From the human T2T-CHM13v2.0 reference genome, Homo sapiens: a stretch of 64,000 nucleotides of DNA. Below are positions 30,815 to 44,952 of the stretch, one piece after another (the stretch's first letter is position 1; every line of letters begins with the position of its first letter). A program made the translations under genes and the position numbers. The stretch lies in NCBI RefSeq assembly GCF_009914755.1, contig NC_060940.1. One strand, written 5' to 3'. The notes beneath the pieces were generated by a model. That model made no database searches, was not told the origin of the DNA, and saw only the letters and a program-made list of their open reading frames with translations.

Positions 30815-33386
30815 CTAGAGATAAAAAACTAAATTCATCGAAATTAAAAGATCCATTTTCAAATAAAAAAATTCTGAAATTTTCCAGGAGGCAAGAAATA
30901 CTTCCTTCTCTGTTGAACAGTGAGATTCTTTATGTGCACCTTCAAGCCACGTAGCATATTTTGCCAGTGACTTCTGGATCTTAACATGTGACTCCTATAA
31001 CCTCTGAGAGCTAACTTACTGAGTTCTAGCAAATCTCAAGGCAGCACGCCATGTGTTAGTTACACTGCATAGCCTCTTCAAAATAAACCACAAAATACTC
31101 ATGTTGATCCTGTGAGATTAAGACAAATTAAAAATCTAATACATAGTTTTGCTGTCAGGTCCTAAAGATCAAAGGTCAACATAGTATATTGCAGTAAGGC
31201 TATAGGTTACCCATGCCCCAATATTTTATCATAATAACCCAAATGGGGATGAAACACCCAGCAGTAGCCCATAAATCTATTAGCAGTGAACTGTCAGTGT
31301 CCCATATACTAGGGTAATTTGTTAATTCAGACCTGGGTCTCTCTTTTCACTAGACCTTGTAAACTCCTGTTTGAAATATCAATAAACCATCTGCTTTGAC
31401 TTGTTAATCAAATGACTTTATTCAGTCCAAAGCAGTTTTTTCCTAATAAAAACAGAGTATTTATCTCCATGGCTATAAAAGAGGATTGTTTTCAACTGTT
31501 CACTTATAGTTAAGAAGCACATTTCATTTGGATTGATTTCCAATGCTTTGGTCATATCTTGTCACTTTCTATTTCTTACACACAGCATCTCAGTTTAGCC
31601 ATTTAAGAAGGGAAAAACAGTCAAAATCTGGATGAGGTATGAGACTGGCACAAAAAAATCTGAGGTAGAAGTTTGAGATAGGAAAGAACTCGACCAAAAT
31701 AATTATAGATCAACATTTTAATATGATTTCCTTGTGGAAGTTTTCCTATCGCTCCAGATAGAGTGTTCACGTTAGTCACGGTTTCTGCCTCAACTGAAGT
31801 TCCAGATGTTTGCCTTTTAGTCAGTATTGCTCGGTTCAGAGTCACAGAGCAGATAATATTTATCTATAATAGAAACTTTTTGTCCTCTGTTAAGCTTTAT
31901 TGTGTTAGTGTAAAATAAAGTCAGCCTCAGTGAGATGGGATCATAGCATGTGAAGCTCTGCAAGTCTATCCCAGAAAATTGACCCCCTTTTCTGTAACCC
32001 ACCGAACTGAGACAAAATGAGTATTTCTGAGGTATCCGTGGGGATACTCTCAATGCTCTGTGAATGAGCATCTTGAGGAATCGTCACGCTTCTTGCACCC
32101 TCTGTCCTTGGAGCTTACTGCCAGCTGGCAAATGGAGCACAGCCTATGACCTCTGACCTTGAATCAGCTCCTCTTGGACTGTTAGAAAAATGATGTCTGA
32201 GGAGAGTTCTGAGCATTTGAGTTATTACTAGATTCCGCCCTCTTAAAACACAAAGAAGAAATTTGTAGGTTTCCTTAATAAGCAGAGTCCTCAAATGCAA
32301 CACAGATCATAGTGCATTCTGGGAATTGTTTCTCAGGGGCATAGCTTCCTTTCCCACTGCAAATCCTTGAACAAATAAAGATTAAGCAGTGAACAAAAAG
32401 TGTAATTTAAATGCCTACAGCATTTTTGTAGACTTCTTTTTTATTGAGACATCATTTGGTTTGCCACCATTTTAGGTGTTTTATGTTGAAGGTGGCATCA
32501 TAGAGGAATGGGAGTCTAAGCAGTCCTGTTCCTCTCACCCTTCTTTATCTTCTCACTTTTACAGAGAGGAGAAAGAGAAAACCTTCTAAGCCCCTAACTC
32601 AAATCTTAGGCTCTTTTTTGAGCCTAAGAAAGAAAATGTGAGAAGTATGAAGTTTTATGGCTATAACAATGGATTTCTAATGTGGCAAGTTTTTTTCTAA
32701 AATTTTACTTTCATTGATCTTAACATTATTCTCGTGTGATTTTTCTTTTAATATTTCCATAACAAATATGAACCAAATACATAAAAAGTAACTGCTCCTA
32801 ATGCATGAAATTTGGACAAATATTATTTTTTACTTAATGAATAATATTAATGATTCCATTAATTGAATCCTAGCCTTCACCTTGGCATTATGCCTTCTCA
32901 CTTAACTAACAACTTAACTAAGAGAGGTGATCAATTATGGACTCTGCTTATGTGTTTAGCGTTCTCCAGACTTGAAGTTATTTTTACAAAGACTAGTGGA
33001 GCTGATTTGTCTTGTTGGTATTCTGTTTTCCCCTATGAACATGCAGTTTGAATTTAGTTTTGGTAAAATGTTTCATAAAAAGCTTTACAATGAGGGTCAG
33101 TTATAGTGTGGGGGAAAATACATTGGTTATAAGAGACAGATAAAATCAAACAATTCAAAATCCCTTCAATTCAAAATTGAACATTACCTTTTTACCAAAG
33201 ATGAAGATCCTGCAAGGATGAATAGCATGCTGGGAAGCACTGTGATTAGATTGAGTTAAAAGATCAAGGACCGCACAGAACATTTAGGAAGATGACTAAG
33301 CAGTAGGTAGAGACAAGCAAAAGGGGAATAAAAAATTGATTAAAATGTTCCTACCTGGTAAAGCAATAAAATGAAAGGAGCATATA

Positions 33387-33721
33387 CAGTAGTCCCCCCT
33401 TATTCACAGTTTTGCTTTCTGTGGTTACAGTTAACAGTGGTCAACTGCAGTCTGAAAATAAATGCGTACCTTACAATAAGATGTTTTGAGAGAGAAAGGC
33501 CATAGTCACATGACTTTACTGTATATTGTTATGATTGTTCCATTTTATTATTATTGTTAATCTTTTACTGTGCATAATTTACAAACCAAACTTTATCATA
33601 CTTATGTATATGTGTGGGGGAAAAAAGGGTAATGTATATGTAGGGTTGGGTACTCTCTGCAGTTTTAGGCATCCACTTAGGGTTATGGAAAGTATCTGCT
33701 GTGGATGAGGGGAGACTACTG
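33387..33721. mobile_element. MER44A (Tigger7-family MITE)
   Basis: TIRs CAGTAGTCCCCC / GGGGAGACTACTG; TA TSD at 33385-86 and 33722-23; 335 bp. Confidence 0.88.
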
Positions 33722-33723
33722 TA

Positions 33724-33970
33724 ACTGGAAGAACATAGTTATGTACTTCTATTTATTCCAGCAAGACTACACAAGACAATTGTGTTGCATTTTGAACATT
33801 ATATTAAAAGGAAATTGGAAGAAATTAACAAGACTATATTCACAGACGTTAATGGGTTAAAGGGAACTAATCTCTCAGTCAAGTTTAATGGAAGTTAATA
33901 TGTATGGCTTGTCTAAGCAAAAACTAAGACAGGCAGTGAACACTTAAAATTTCAAGAAGATATAGAAGCT
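33724..33970 (+). mobile_element. CR1/L3 ORF2 C-terminal remnant
   Basis: Frame-shifted ARLH..DNCVAF* and EVNMYGLSKQKLR resemble CR1 VRPHLEYCVQFW and EL..FSL.KRRLRG. Confidence 0.55.
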
Positions 33971-34325
33971 GTCTAACATGTTACTGGGAGTTATGTATGT
34001 AAGAGAACAAATTTATTTCTCATTTCTTCCTAAACATGAAATTTTAAGTTCACCATTAGGAAGTTTTAATCAAGATTCATTAGGCTAAGTTTTAAATATA
34101 TTCTATAGTGTTCACTCTTATCATTTATCTTGATCTTAAAATTCTTTTATCTGACAGTTTGCTAAATAAGAATTTTAAATCAGGACAGAAAAGATAAAAC
34201 AGTTTCTGTTATTGGATAGTTTCCCATTATAACACATCTTGATCTTATTAATGGGAAGAAATTTTCTTCATTTGGCTCTTTTCATTGCATAATTTACATG
34301 TGTAGATACAGATCTTATAGCCATG

Positions 34326-34635
34326 TTTTTTTTTTGTTATTGTTTTTTTTTTTGAAATGGAGTTTTGCTCTTGTTGCCCAGGCTGGAGTGCAATGGCATA
34401 GTCTTGGCTCACCGCTACCTCCACCTCCTGGGTTCAAGCGATTCTCTTGCCTCAGCCTCTTGAGTAGCTGGTATTACAGGCATGCACCACCACGCCCAGC
34501 TAATTTTTAATTTTTAGTAGAGACGGGGTTTCTCCATGTTGGTCAGGCTGGTCTTGAACTGTGGACCTCAGCTGATCCGCCCGCCTCGGCCTCCCAGAGT
34601 GCTTGGGTTACAGGCATGAGCCACTGTGCCCAGCC
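34326..34635 (-). mobile_element. AluSp/Sq-like
   Basis: GAGTTTTGCTCTTGTTGCCC and GGTTTCTCCATGTTGGTCAGG diagnostics. Confidence 0.93.
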
Positions 34636-34944
34636 ACCATATTTTAAACTAATAGTTTATATTTAAATAAAAAATCAGGAAGATATTTCTATGTGGAAAA
34701 TTTAACAATGTATTTGCCTATCCATTTAAGAATGATTACTTGGAAACTATAGCAGTTTTCTTCACTTTTGTCTTTCTTTTCATCTAATTTCATATTAAAG
34801 ATGCAACTTACACTAAGAACTGTATTAGAACACATATATTTCCATTAACTCATCTGAAAAGTAGTAATTTATGACTGATGGTCAAGTACTATTATATAAA
34901 TAAGGTATTGTTCCAATAATTTATTTTTATATGCATATAGTTAC

Positions 34945-35075
34945 TCAGTGAACTGGGATTCTGGTTTAAAATACAATTCTGACTCAGCTAGATTGGAGAG
35001 AGAATCTAGGAATTTGCATTTTAAACCAGCATCATAGATGATTCTTATGTAAATGATATGACTACCATTTTGTGA
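34945..35075. mobile_element. MER5-like hAT fragment
   Basis: ATTCTGACTCAG..AGGAATTTGCATTTTAA..GATGATTCT. Confidence 0.5.
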
Positions 35076-35195
35076 AAATTTACTTTGACAGTTAAATATG
35101 CTTTTAAAAATTAAGGCATGCCGTTTGGTTTCTAGTGATAATGGTAGACTAAGTAATTTGGACCATTCCTAATGCTGACAATAGTTAGAAAGATT

Positions 35196-35412
35196 GCCAG
35201 CGTGGTATCATGGCAAAACCTGATCTCTGCCAAAAATACAAAATATTAGCAGGCTGTAGTGGTGCATGCCTGTGGTCTCAGCTACTCAGGAGGCTGAAGT
35301 GGGAGGATCACTCGAGCCTGGGAGGTTGAGGCTGCAGTGAACCATGATCGGGCCACTGTACTCCAGCCTGAGTGACAGAGGACAGAGTGAGACCCTGTTT
35401 CAAAAAAAATAA
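35196..35412 (+). mobile_element. AluJ, 5'-truncated
   Basis: End of the left arm plus the right arm. Confidence 0.88.
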
Positions 35413-35543
35413 ATGAGAAAACTGGATGAAATGGAAACAAAAACCTGAGGCTTTGTAATACTAACAAAATACTGAAAAATTATGAGCCCAACTCAGAGAA
35501 CATCCAAGAGTGATGTCCGGCACTTAGAAGTGCATTGCCCCTA

Positions 35544-35902
<359 letters not shown>

Positions 35903-36667
35903 CTAAAAGACTACAAAGCTGAATAGAGATACCCAGAATCATGAAGCCCAGGGGAAAATTGGAGTTCAAGGCCCACAGAGAGGGGAGAAATGTCTAATTA
36001 AATCTAAGAGGAAGGTTAAACCTATAATAGACCAGGTCACCCACGCAAGTGAAAACCAACTTCAAATTACTTGAAATCCTAATCTGATTTAGATGACTCA
36101 TAATTGCTAGTGCCCTTTCCCATCACAGAAACAAATTTAAACCATTTTTAGAGGAAGATGAAATTATCCTAGGCCATCAATTGTCTCACCGCAATGTTTT
36201 TGTAAGCACTATTGGTACTCTATCAAAAATAAAAAGCTTAAGAAAGTACTGCCTAATAGAAAACCAAGAGAAGCAACACTCAGTATAAACAGAATCACAC
36301 AGATGATTCATATAATGGAGTTTGCAGACATATTTCAAAATGGTTGTGCTTAATGTAGGAGTTCTCTATTTATTCCAGATATTTCTTATGAGACATGTGA
36401 TTTACAAGTATTTTCTCCCATTCTATGGATTGACTTTTTACTCTGTGGATAGTGACCTTTGATACCCAAAAGTTTTTAATTTTGATGAGGTCTAATTTAT
36501 CTATTTTTCCTTTTACTGTTTTTCATGTCACTTTTGAGAAATAATTGCCAAATCCATTGTAGTAAATAAAGCTTTTGCCCTATGTTCTGTCCTAAGAGTT
36601 TTATAGTTTTGGCTCTTATGTATAGGCTTTTTATTCATTTTTAGCTAATTTTTGCATATAGTATTAG

Positions 36668-36985
<318 letters not shown>

Positions 36986-38364
36986 TCCCAGTACCATTTT
37001 TTGAAAAGACAGTCTTTTCCCCATTGGTCTTTCCCCAGTGGTCTTGGCATCATTGAAGAAAATCATTTGATGATGTATGTTAGGATTTATTCCTGTGCTG
37101 TCTATTCTATTATGTTGGTCTATATGTCATCTTTATGCTTGTACCATGCTGTTCTGACTGCTGTGGCTTTGTAGTAAGTTTTGAAATCAGGAAGTATGAA
37201 TACTCCAACTTAGTTCTTCTTTTTCAAGATTGTTTTGGCTATTCAGAGTCTTTAAGATTCCATATGGTTTTGAGGATGGATTTTTCTGTTTTTGCAGAAT
37301 ATGTTACTGAGATTTTGATATTGAATCTGTACATCACTTTGGGTATTAGTGACATCTTAACAATATCAAGTTTTCAAACCCATTAACCTGTGATATTTTT
37401 CAGCAATGTTCTGTTGTTTTCATTATATAAGCCTTTCACATCCTTGGTTAAGTTTGTTCCTAAATATTTTGTTCTTTTGGATGCTATTGTTTATGCATTG
37501 TTTTCTTAATTTTCTTCTAGGACAGTTCATTATTAGTGTTTAGAAATGGAACTGCTGTTTGAGTATTCATTTTGCATCCTACTACTTTGCAGAATTCATT
37601 CATTCTAGCAATTTTTGTGTGTGGCATATTTAGGAATTTTCTATATAAACAATTATAACATCTGCAAGCAGAGATAATTTTGCTTCTTTATTTGGAATAT
37701 GTATGTCCTTTTTTTTTCATTTTCTTGACTAATTGCCCTTGCTAGAACTTCCACTACTATGTTGAGTATAGTGGCAAAGTGGACATCCTTGCCTTGTTTC
37801 TGGTCTTATAAAAAAAAAAGCTCTCTGTCTTTCACCATTGAGTATGATATTAGCTGTGGGTTGTTCATGTATGGCTTTTATTATGTTAAAGTAGATTTTT
37901 TCTATCCCTATTGTGTTGTTTTTGTTATGAAAGGATGTTGAATTTTGTCAAATGCTTTTCTGCATCAGTTGAGATGATCATCTATTTTTTTTCTCTTTCC
38001 TCCATTCTGTTAACTTTGTATCTGTTTACATGTATCTGTACATATATTATATCTGTTACATGTTAACATGATATGTTTACATGTATCTATGCATGTAAAA
38101 TATAAAATGGAAAAAGCCAACTGAAGAAAACTGATTGATTTTCATATGTTGAACCATCCTTGCATTCCAGGAATAAATCTCAGTTAGTTAAGGGTAGGGT
38201 ATTAAACCTTCAAATATTATTGTAGAATTGTCCTTTCAATTCTTACCATTTTTGCTTCATATATTCTGATGGTCAGTTATAAGGTATAATGTTTATAATT
38301 GTTGTATCTTCTTGCCGTATTGAGTCTTTTATTAAAATATATGTCATTTTTAATCTCTTGTAAT

Positions 38365-38534
<170 letters not shown>

Positions 38535-41500
38535 TAACTGTCCCTGTTCTCTTTTTGTTATTATTTGTATGAAATATCTTTTTCCATCCTTTCACTTTCA
38601 ACCTATTTATGTCTTTGGATCTAAAATGAGTCTCTTATAGACAGCACATATTTGAATCATGTTTTAAAATCCATTCTGCTAATCTCTGTTTTGATTGAAA
38701 AACTGAATTCAATTACATTAAAAGTAATTACTGCTAAGGAGAGGCTTCTTTCATTTGCTGTTTGTTTTCTGTATGCCTTATAGCATTTTTTACCCCTCAT
38801 TTTCTACATTGCTGTCATCTTCAATGTTTAATTAATTTTTTATAGTATGGTGTTTTAATTCCCTTCTCATTTCCTTTTGTGTTTATTCCATAGCTGTGTT
38901 CTTTGTGGTTACTATAGGAATTACATTTAACATCCTTAAGTTACAACATTCAAATTTAAACTTACACAAAGTTAACTTCAATAGCATACAAATACAGAAT
39001 ACCATACAAAATCACTGCTTGTATATAACTCCTTGCCATTTCAGTTACCGTTTTGATATCACAAAATTACATCTTTATACATAGACTGATAGTTTTTGTA
39101 TGTCCAGAAACATAGACTTAATAATTTTTATGCATTAGACTTTGGAGTCATGTACAAACAGAAAGTAGAGTTATAAACTAAAGTTAAAATAATGCTAGTT
39201 TTATAATTGCCTACGTATTTACTTTTATGGTTATCTTTATTTCTTCATATGGCTTTGTGTTACTTTCTAGTGTCTTTTATTTCCACTTGAAGCACTCCCT
39301 TTACCATTTCTTTATGGGTAAGTCTGGTGGTAACAAACTCCCTCAGCTTTTGTTTATCTGTGAATGTCTTAATTTCTCCCTCACTTTTGAAAGACAATTT
39401 TGCTGGATAAAGGTTTTTGGTTAACAGTTTTGTTTTGTTTTGTTTTAGCACTTTGAGTATATTGGCCCACTGCATTCTGGACTTCAAAATTTCTGATGCG
39501 AAATATGCTGATACTTTTGTTGAAGAAATCTGGTATGTGATGAGTTACTTCTCTTTCTGCTTTGAAGATACTTTGGCTTTGGCTTTTGACAGTTTGATTA
39601 TAGTATGTTTTGGTGGGGCCTCTTTGATTTTATCCTACTTGGAGTTAGTTGAGCTTTGTGGATGTTTATATTCATGCATTTCATCAAATTTGGAGAGTTC
39701 ACACATTATCTTCAAATAATCTCTCTGACTCCTGTTTCAAATAATCTCTCCTCTTCTTTTGGGGCTCTTATTTTAATTAGAGACAGGGTTTCACTGTGTT
39801 GGTCACCTTGATTGCCTTAGGCTGTGTTCACTTTTCTTCTTTCTTTTCCTCAGACTTGATAATTTAAATTGTCTTCAAGTTTACGGATTCTTTCTACTAT
39901 CTGCTCAAACCTGCTTTTGAATATGTCTAGTAAACTTTTTAATTTCAATTATTGTACTTTTCAGGTCAAGAATTTTTTTTAGTTTCTTATGTTTTCTGTC
40001 TGTATTGGTGTTTCTACTTTGTTCAAACTATGTTTTCTTGACTTCTTCTAATTTTTCTTTAGGGCTTTGAGCATCTGTAAGATATTTGTTGGAAGGTTTT
40101 GTCTGGTAAGTGCCATCTTGTCTTTGTCAAGGACATTTTCTGTTTATTTAATATTTTTTTCGAATGAGCCATACTTTCCTATGGCTTTGTATGCTTTGTG
40201 AATTTTTTGTTGATAACTGTACAGAAATTGAACTTTTACTCTGGAAATCACATCCTCCTCTTCCCCAGGGTTTGCTTTAAAAATTTTTGTTTTAGGTTAT
40301 CTCCATGCTGGGCATCAGCCTGAGGGTTCAACTTAAGATTTTAAAAACTCAAGTTGTTTTCTAAGCCTATGCCTTTCCCTGGGCCTATGCCATGACTTTC
40401 TAAATCCTCTGTATATGTGGCTGCATTTGAATCCCTTAGTTCTTAAATACTAAACTCCCAAAAAGAGAAAAAGATAAAACTTTAGGGGCACAAAATATGC
40501 TAGTCCTTTAAATCCCCTGGAAATTGATTCAGCTGGGGTGGTAGGGACTTAAAGCAATGGCTGCCTGTCTCTCTGTCTGTCCCTCCATCATGAGCAATCA
40601 GTGATTATCAGCATGGCTCCCCAATATTTGGAGCACAGGGCACTTATTGCCCAACCTGGCTCTTATAATTGTGTGCCAACTGCTCCAGGAACACGCTTGC
40701 ATGGCTGCTTGCTATGGGGCTGGGGGATGCGGAATGCGTAGCTGCCACCTTGCTAAGAGCTACCTGAAAATAATCACTGTTTACTGTCCAAGCCTTCCTC
40801 TAGAAGTTGCAAGCCTTCAAAGTAGTTCCCAGTGTTTTAAAATAGTTATCTTAGATTCTGCCAATGAAATTTTTGTCTAGGTGGTGAGATGGATTCTTGG
40901 TGTCTCTTACTCCACTAATTTCCCAGAATCCTCTGCCCCACAAGTGTGTCACACCTCAAATAATCACCACTTCTTTTAGGCCAGGCCGGCCATGCTTCTA
41001 CTAATTTGTCTCTCTCAAAAACTGTCTGGGTTTTCATGTTTGGTTCCAATTCACTCTATATGCCAAAACCCACACCCACAATTCTTTTTTAGACATGCTG
41101 TTCTCTTTAGACTTATATTACAGGTACCTGGGGGTACATCACATATCTGTGGGAGTAAGCCTTTTATATTTCTAGAAGTCACCCTTTTTTCTCAAGTAGA
41201 GATGACCTGTGAGGCACCTCTATCTTTCAGAGGTCTTAGCACAGGGTCTGACAGCCGTATTCTTAATGTGGTCTTTACCCATTTCCCTGGGTTTGATCTT
41301 CTCTCTGAAGCTATTTCTTAATGGCCATAGCTTTTACTTGGTACCACAGTTTTATTTTACAATTCTAAAATGTCTGGACAATTCATTGTCACTTTAATCC
41401 TACTTGGAAATGGACCACTTTTTTTGATGTCATTTCTTTCTTGTAGTACCTTACCAAATGCAGCACAAAACAGACAGCTCATGTGTTCATTTTCCCTCAT

Positions 41501-41744
41501 ATTCTACTACCTGAACTCCACAAGTTTATTATATAATTTTTCTCTCATATTATCCCATGCAACATTCTTACCAAATGTTTTGCCACTATGAGTCATCATT
41601 TTTCTAGTCTTCTGTAACTGTTTTCCTTGCCATTTTCCAGCTTGCTATTTTAGTTTCATACTACTTGCTTTCTGATTCCAAATCTATCACATTATTTTAG
41701 GTTTTTGCTACTGGAGCATCCTATGTCTAGGTTACCATCTTCTC

Positions 41745-42130
41745 TATCTATTAGCTTTTGCTACAGTAACGCTTCTAATTTAGTGACAAAAATAATTTAT
41801 TTTTTCTCATGCATCTTGGGATGAACAGATCTAAGTTTAGCTTGGCTTCAAACTGGAGTTTGGGTCCAGGTCTACTGTTCTTCCTTAGAAGTCAGGACAT
41901 AATCTCATGGTGATGGTGGAAGCATGGGCAAGTTCAGTTGAATGAGTGCAATTCAAGGCTCTGATTGCAGCACAGTTACTAACTTCTCAAGGCAGAGTGA
42001 GTATATGACTGAACCCAAAGTCAAAGGGCAGGGAGGGTACCCTGCCTCTAGTTTAAGGAACAGCAGTCATGTGGCAAAGGATATGGATACAGGAAGGGGT
42101 GAAGAACTGGAACCAATAATACAATGTACC
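41745..42130. mobile_element. Old MaLR LTR (MLT1J/K-like)
   Basis: AGTCATGTGGCAAAGGATATGGATACAGGAAGGGGTGAAGAACTGG motif. Confidence 0.65.
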
Positions 42131-42139
42131 AATCATTCA

Positions 42140-43420
42140 AATCTTAACGAAACATATATGGGAAAGGTATATTAATATCATATAAGGATGTCATTTAAAA
42201 ACATATTAGAGAAAAATAGTGATACTTCTTGAGAAAATATTTAATTCACCTGGAAACTAAAATAATTCTGAAAATGTATGCACCTCATAACATAGCCTCA
42301 AAATGTAAACTTACAAGACAAGGAGAAATGCAAATTCATATTTACAGTAGAAGATTTTAACATACCATTCCCAATAACTTTTTGAACAAACACAAATTTA
42401 TAGAGGGAAAATTTGAACAACACAATTAACAAACATGACTTATTTATTTTGTATGTAAAAACTTCAGAATACATAACTACATAATACCCATTATTTTTAA
42501 GTGCACACAACACTTAAAAATTGGACCATTGTCTCAGGTAGTTCAGGCTGTTTTGAGAAAGTATCATAGACTGGGTTGCTTATAAAGAACAGAAATGTGT
42601 TCTCTTGTTTCAGAGTTTGGAAGTCCAGGGTCAGGGTGCCAGCACGGTTGGGTTCAGGTGAAGGCCTTCTTTTTGCTTGTAGATTGTTGTCTTATTGTAT
42701 CCTAAGATGGCAGGAGGAGAGGTCGAGAACTCTCTGGGATCTCTTCAAAAAGGGCACTAATCTCATTCATAAGGGCTCCTCTCTTATGATTTTAATTACC
42801 TCCCTAAGGTCCCACCTTTTAATACCATCACATTGGTGATTGGGAGTTCAACATATGAATATGCGGGGGGTAGGGGCGCACATATATTCAGTCTATAACA
42901 ACTATATTTTAGCCATAGAGTACCAACAAATTTCAGAGAAAATTGAAATCAGATGGAGTATAATCTTAGATTACTATGGAATTAAACTAGAAAAGAACAA
43001 CGTAGAGATAATTAGAAAAGCTCTGTGTTTTTGGAAATTTCAAAATACACTATTAAATATCCCATGCCTTGAGAAAAATCACAATAGAAAAATAGGAAAT
43101 ATTTTAAAATAAATTATAATCAAAATACTTTATATCAAAATTTGTGGGGGGCATAGCTAAGGGATGCTTATAGAAGAAGGATCTTAACTTTAGATGCCTA
43201 TATTAGAAAAGAAAAAAAAACAAAAACTCAGTGATCTAAGCATCCAGCTGAAGAAAGTAGAAAAAAGAGCAAATGAAAACCAAAAAGAACTAGAAGAAAG
43301 AAAATAATTTAAAAATAGCAGTTAATGAAATAATAAACAAACATTCAATATAGGACATCAGCAAAGCCAAAAATTGGTTCTAGAGGAAGGATAAGAAAGG
43401 CATAACTAACCAAATTCAGG
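42140..43420 (+). mobile_element. Old L1M ORF2 (endonuclease region) interrupted by MLT1A
   Basis: ATGTATGCACCTCA.AACATAGCCTCAAAAT and GGAATTAAACTAGAA. Confidence 0.65.
42530..42900 (-). mobile_element. MLT1A-like solo LTR
   Basis: TG...CA termini; TSD ACCAT/ACTAT; GGGCACTAATCTCATTCAT motif. Confidence 0.85.
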
Positions 43421-43434
43421 CCTTAAAAAGAAGG

Positions 43435-43612
43435 TCTGGGTGCACACTGGAATTATCTAGAGTGTTTTTTTTGTTTTTTTGTTTTTTTTAATATTGATGC
43501 CCAGGCCTCTCATATGGTCAATTACATCAGAATTTCTAATTGTAATCCTGCATTAGTATATTTATTGAGTGCCCCCGTTGATTCTAATATGAAGCACAGG
43601 TGAGAACCATTG
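43435..43612. mobile_element. MER5A/B-like hAT MITE
   Basis: TGCACACTGGAATTATCT...GATTCTAATATG...TGAGAACCA. Confidence 0.6.
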
Positions 43613-43907
43613 ATATAGCAAATAACATTTTGATATCATTCCAACCTTTTTGCTTATACAATTTTTATATAAATACGTTCTTGCCTAACATACAGTTTTG
43701 AAACCTTTTGCGTTTACCAGCATATCATTATCTTGCTGTAGCAGTAAATATACTTCTGCCACTACATTTTAATAGTTGTACTACATTTTAATAGTTGTGT
43801 AATATTCCATAATATGGATATATTATCATTTGTGTAACTATATTGAGCACTTAAATTTTCAATAGCAAAAACAATGCTAAGATAATATCTCTGTAAAAGT
43901 GCTTTTC

Positions 43908-44297
43908 CAAGCCTGGGCAACATGGCAAAAACCCAACTTCACAAGAAATAAAAAAATTGACCAGGCATAGTGGTGCATGCCTATAGTCTCTGCTGCTCAG
44001 GAGGCTGAGGTGGGACGATCACCAGAGCCCAGGGCGGTTGAGGCTGCAGTAAGCTGAGATTGTACCACCACAGTCCAGCCTGGGTGACTGAACAAAACCA
44101 TATCTGCCCCCCCACCAAAAAAAATTACTTTTCAGCTGGCATAGTGGCTCATACCTGTAATGCCAGCTACTCAGGAGGCTGAGGTGGGAGGATCACTTGA
44201 GCCCAGGAGTTTGAGGCTACTGTGAGCTATGATTGTTCTACTGTATTCCAACCTGGGTGACAGATACCCCTTATGAAAATAATACCAATAAATAAAA
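43908..44297 (+). mobile_element. Partial AluJ followed by a right-arm monomer (FRAM-like)
   Basis: Two consecutive Alu right arms (43908-44124; 44134-44297). Confidence 0.85.
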
Positions 44298-44523
44298 GCA
44301 TTTTTCACTCATCTACAAATAGCACGCATTAAAAAATTATTTATTAAAACATTTTCTTGTGGGTATGATGAAATAATGTGTGTGACAGGTGGTAACTGAA
44401 TTTTTATCTTACATGCTCACTTAGGAATTAGCTAGGTTAGTAAGGCTGAAAGAGATGTATTAATATGTGTTTTGCTGACCATTTCCCCAGCAAAATGCCT
44501 TATTTACAGAAGGCATACAAAAA

Positions 44524-44952
<429 letters not shown>

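Noticed and set aside
31621-32303. Three adjacent minus-strand ORFs as a nested or decayed gene
   Set aside because: No recognisable protein similarity or common frame; the region looks regulatory
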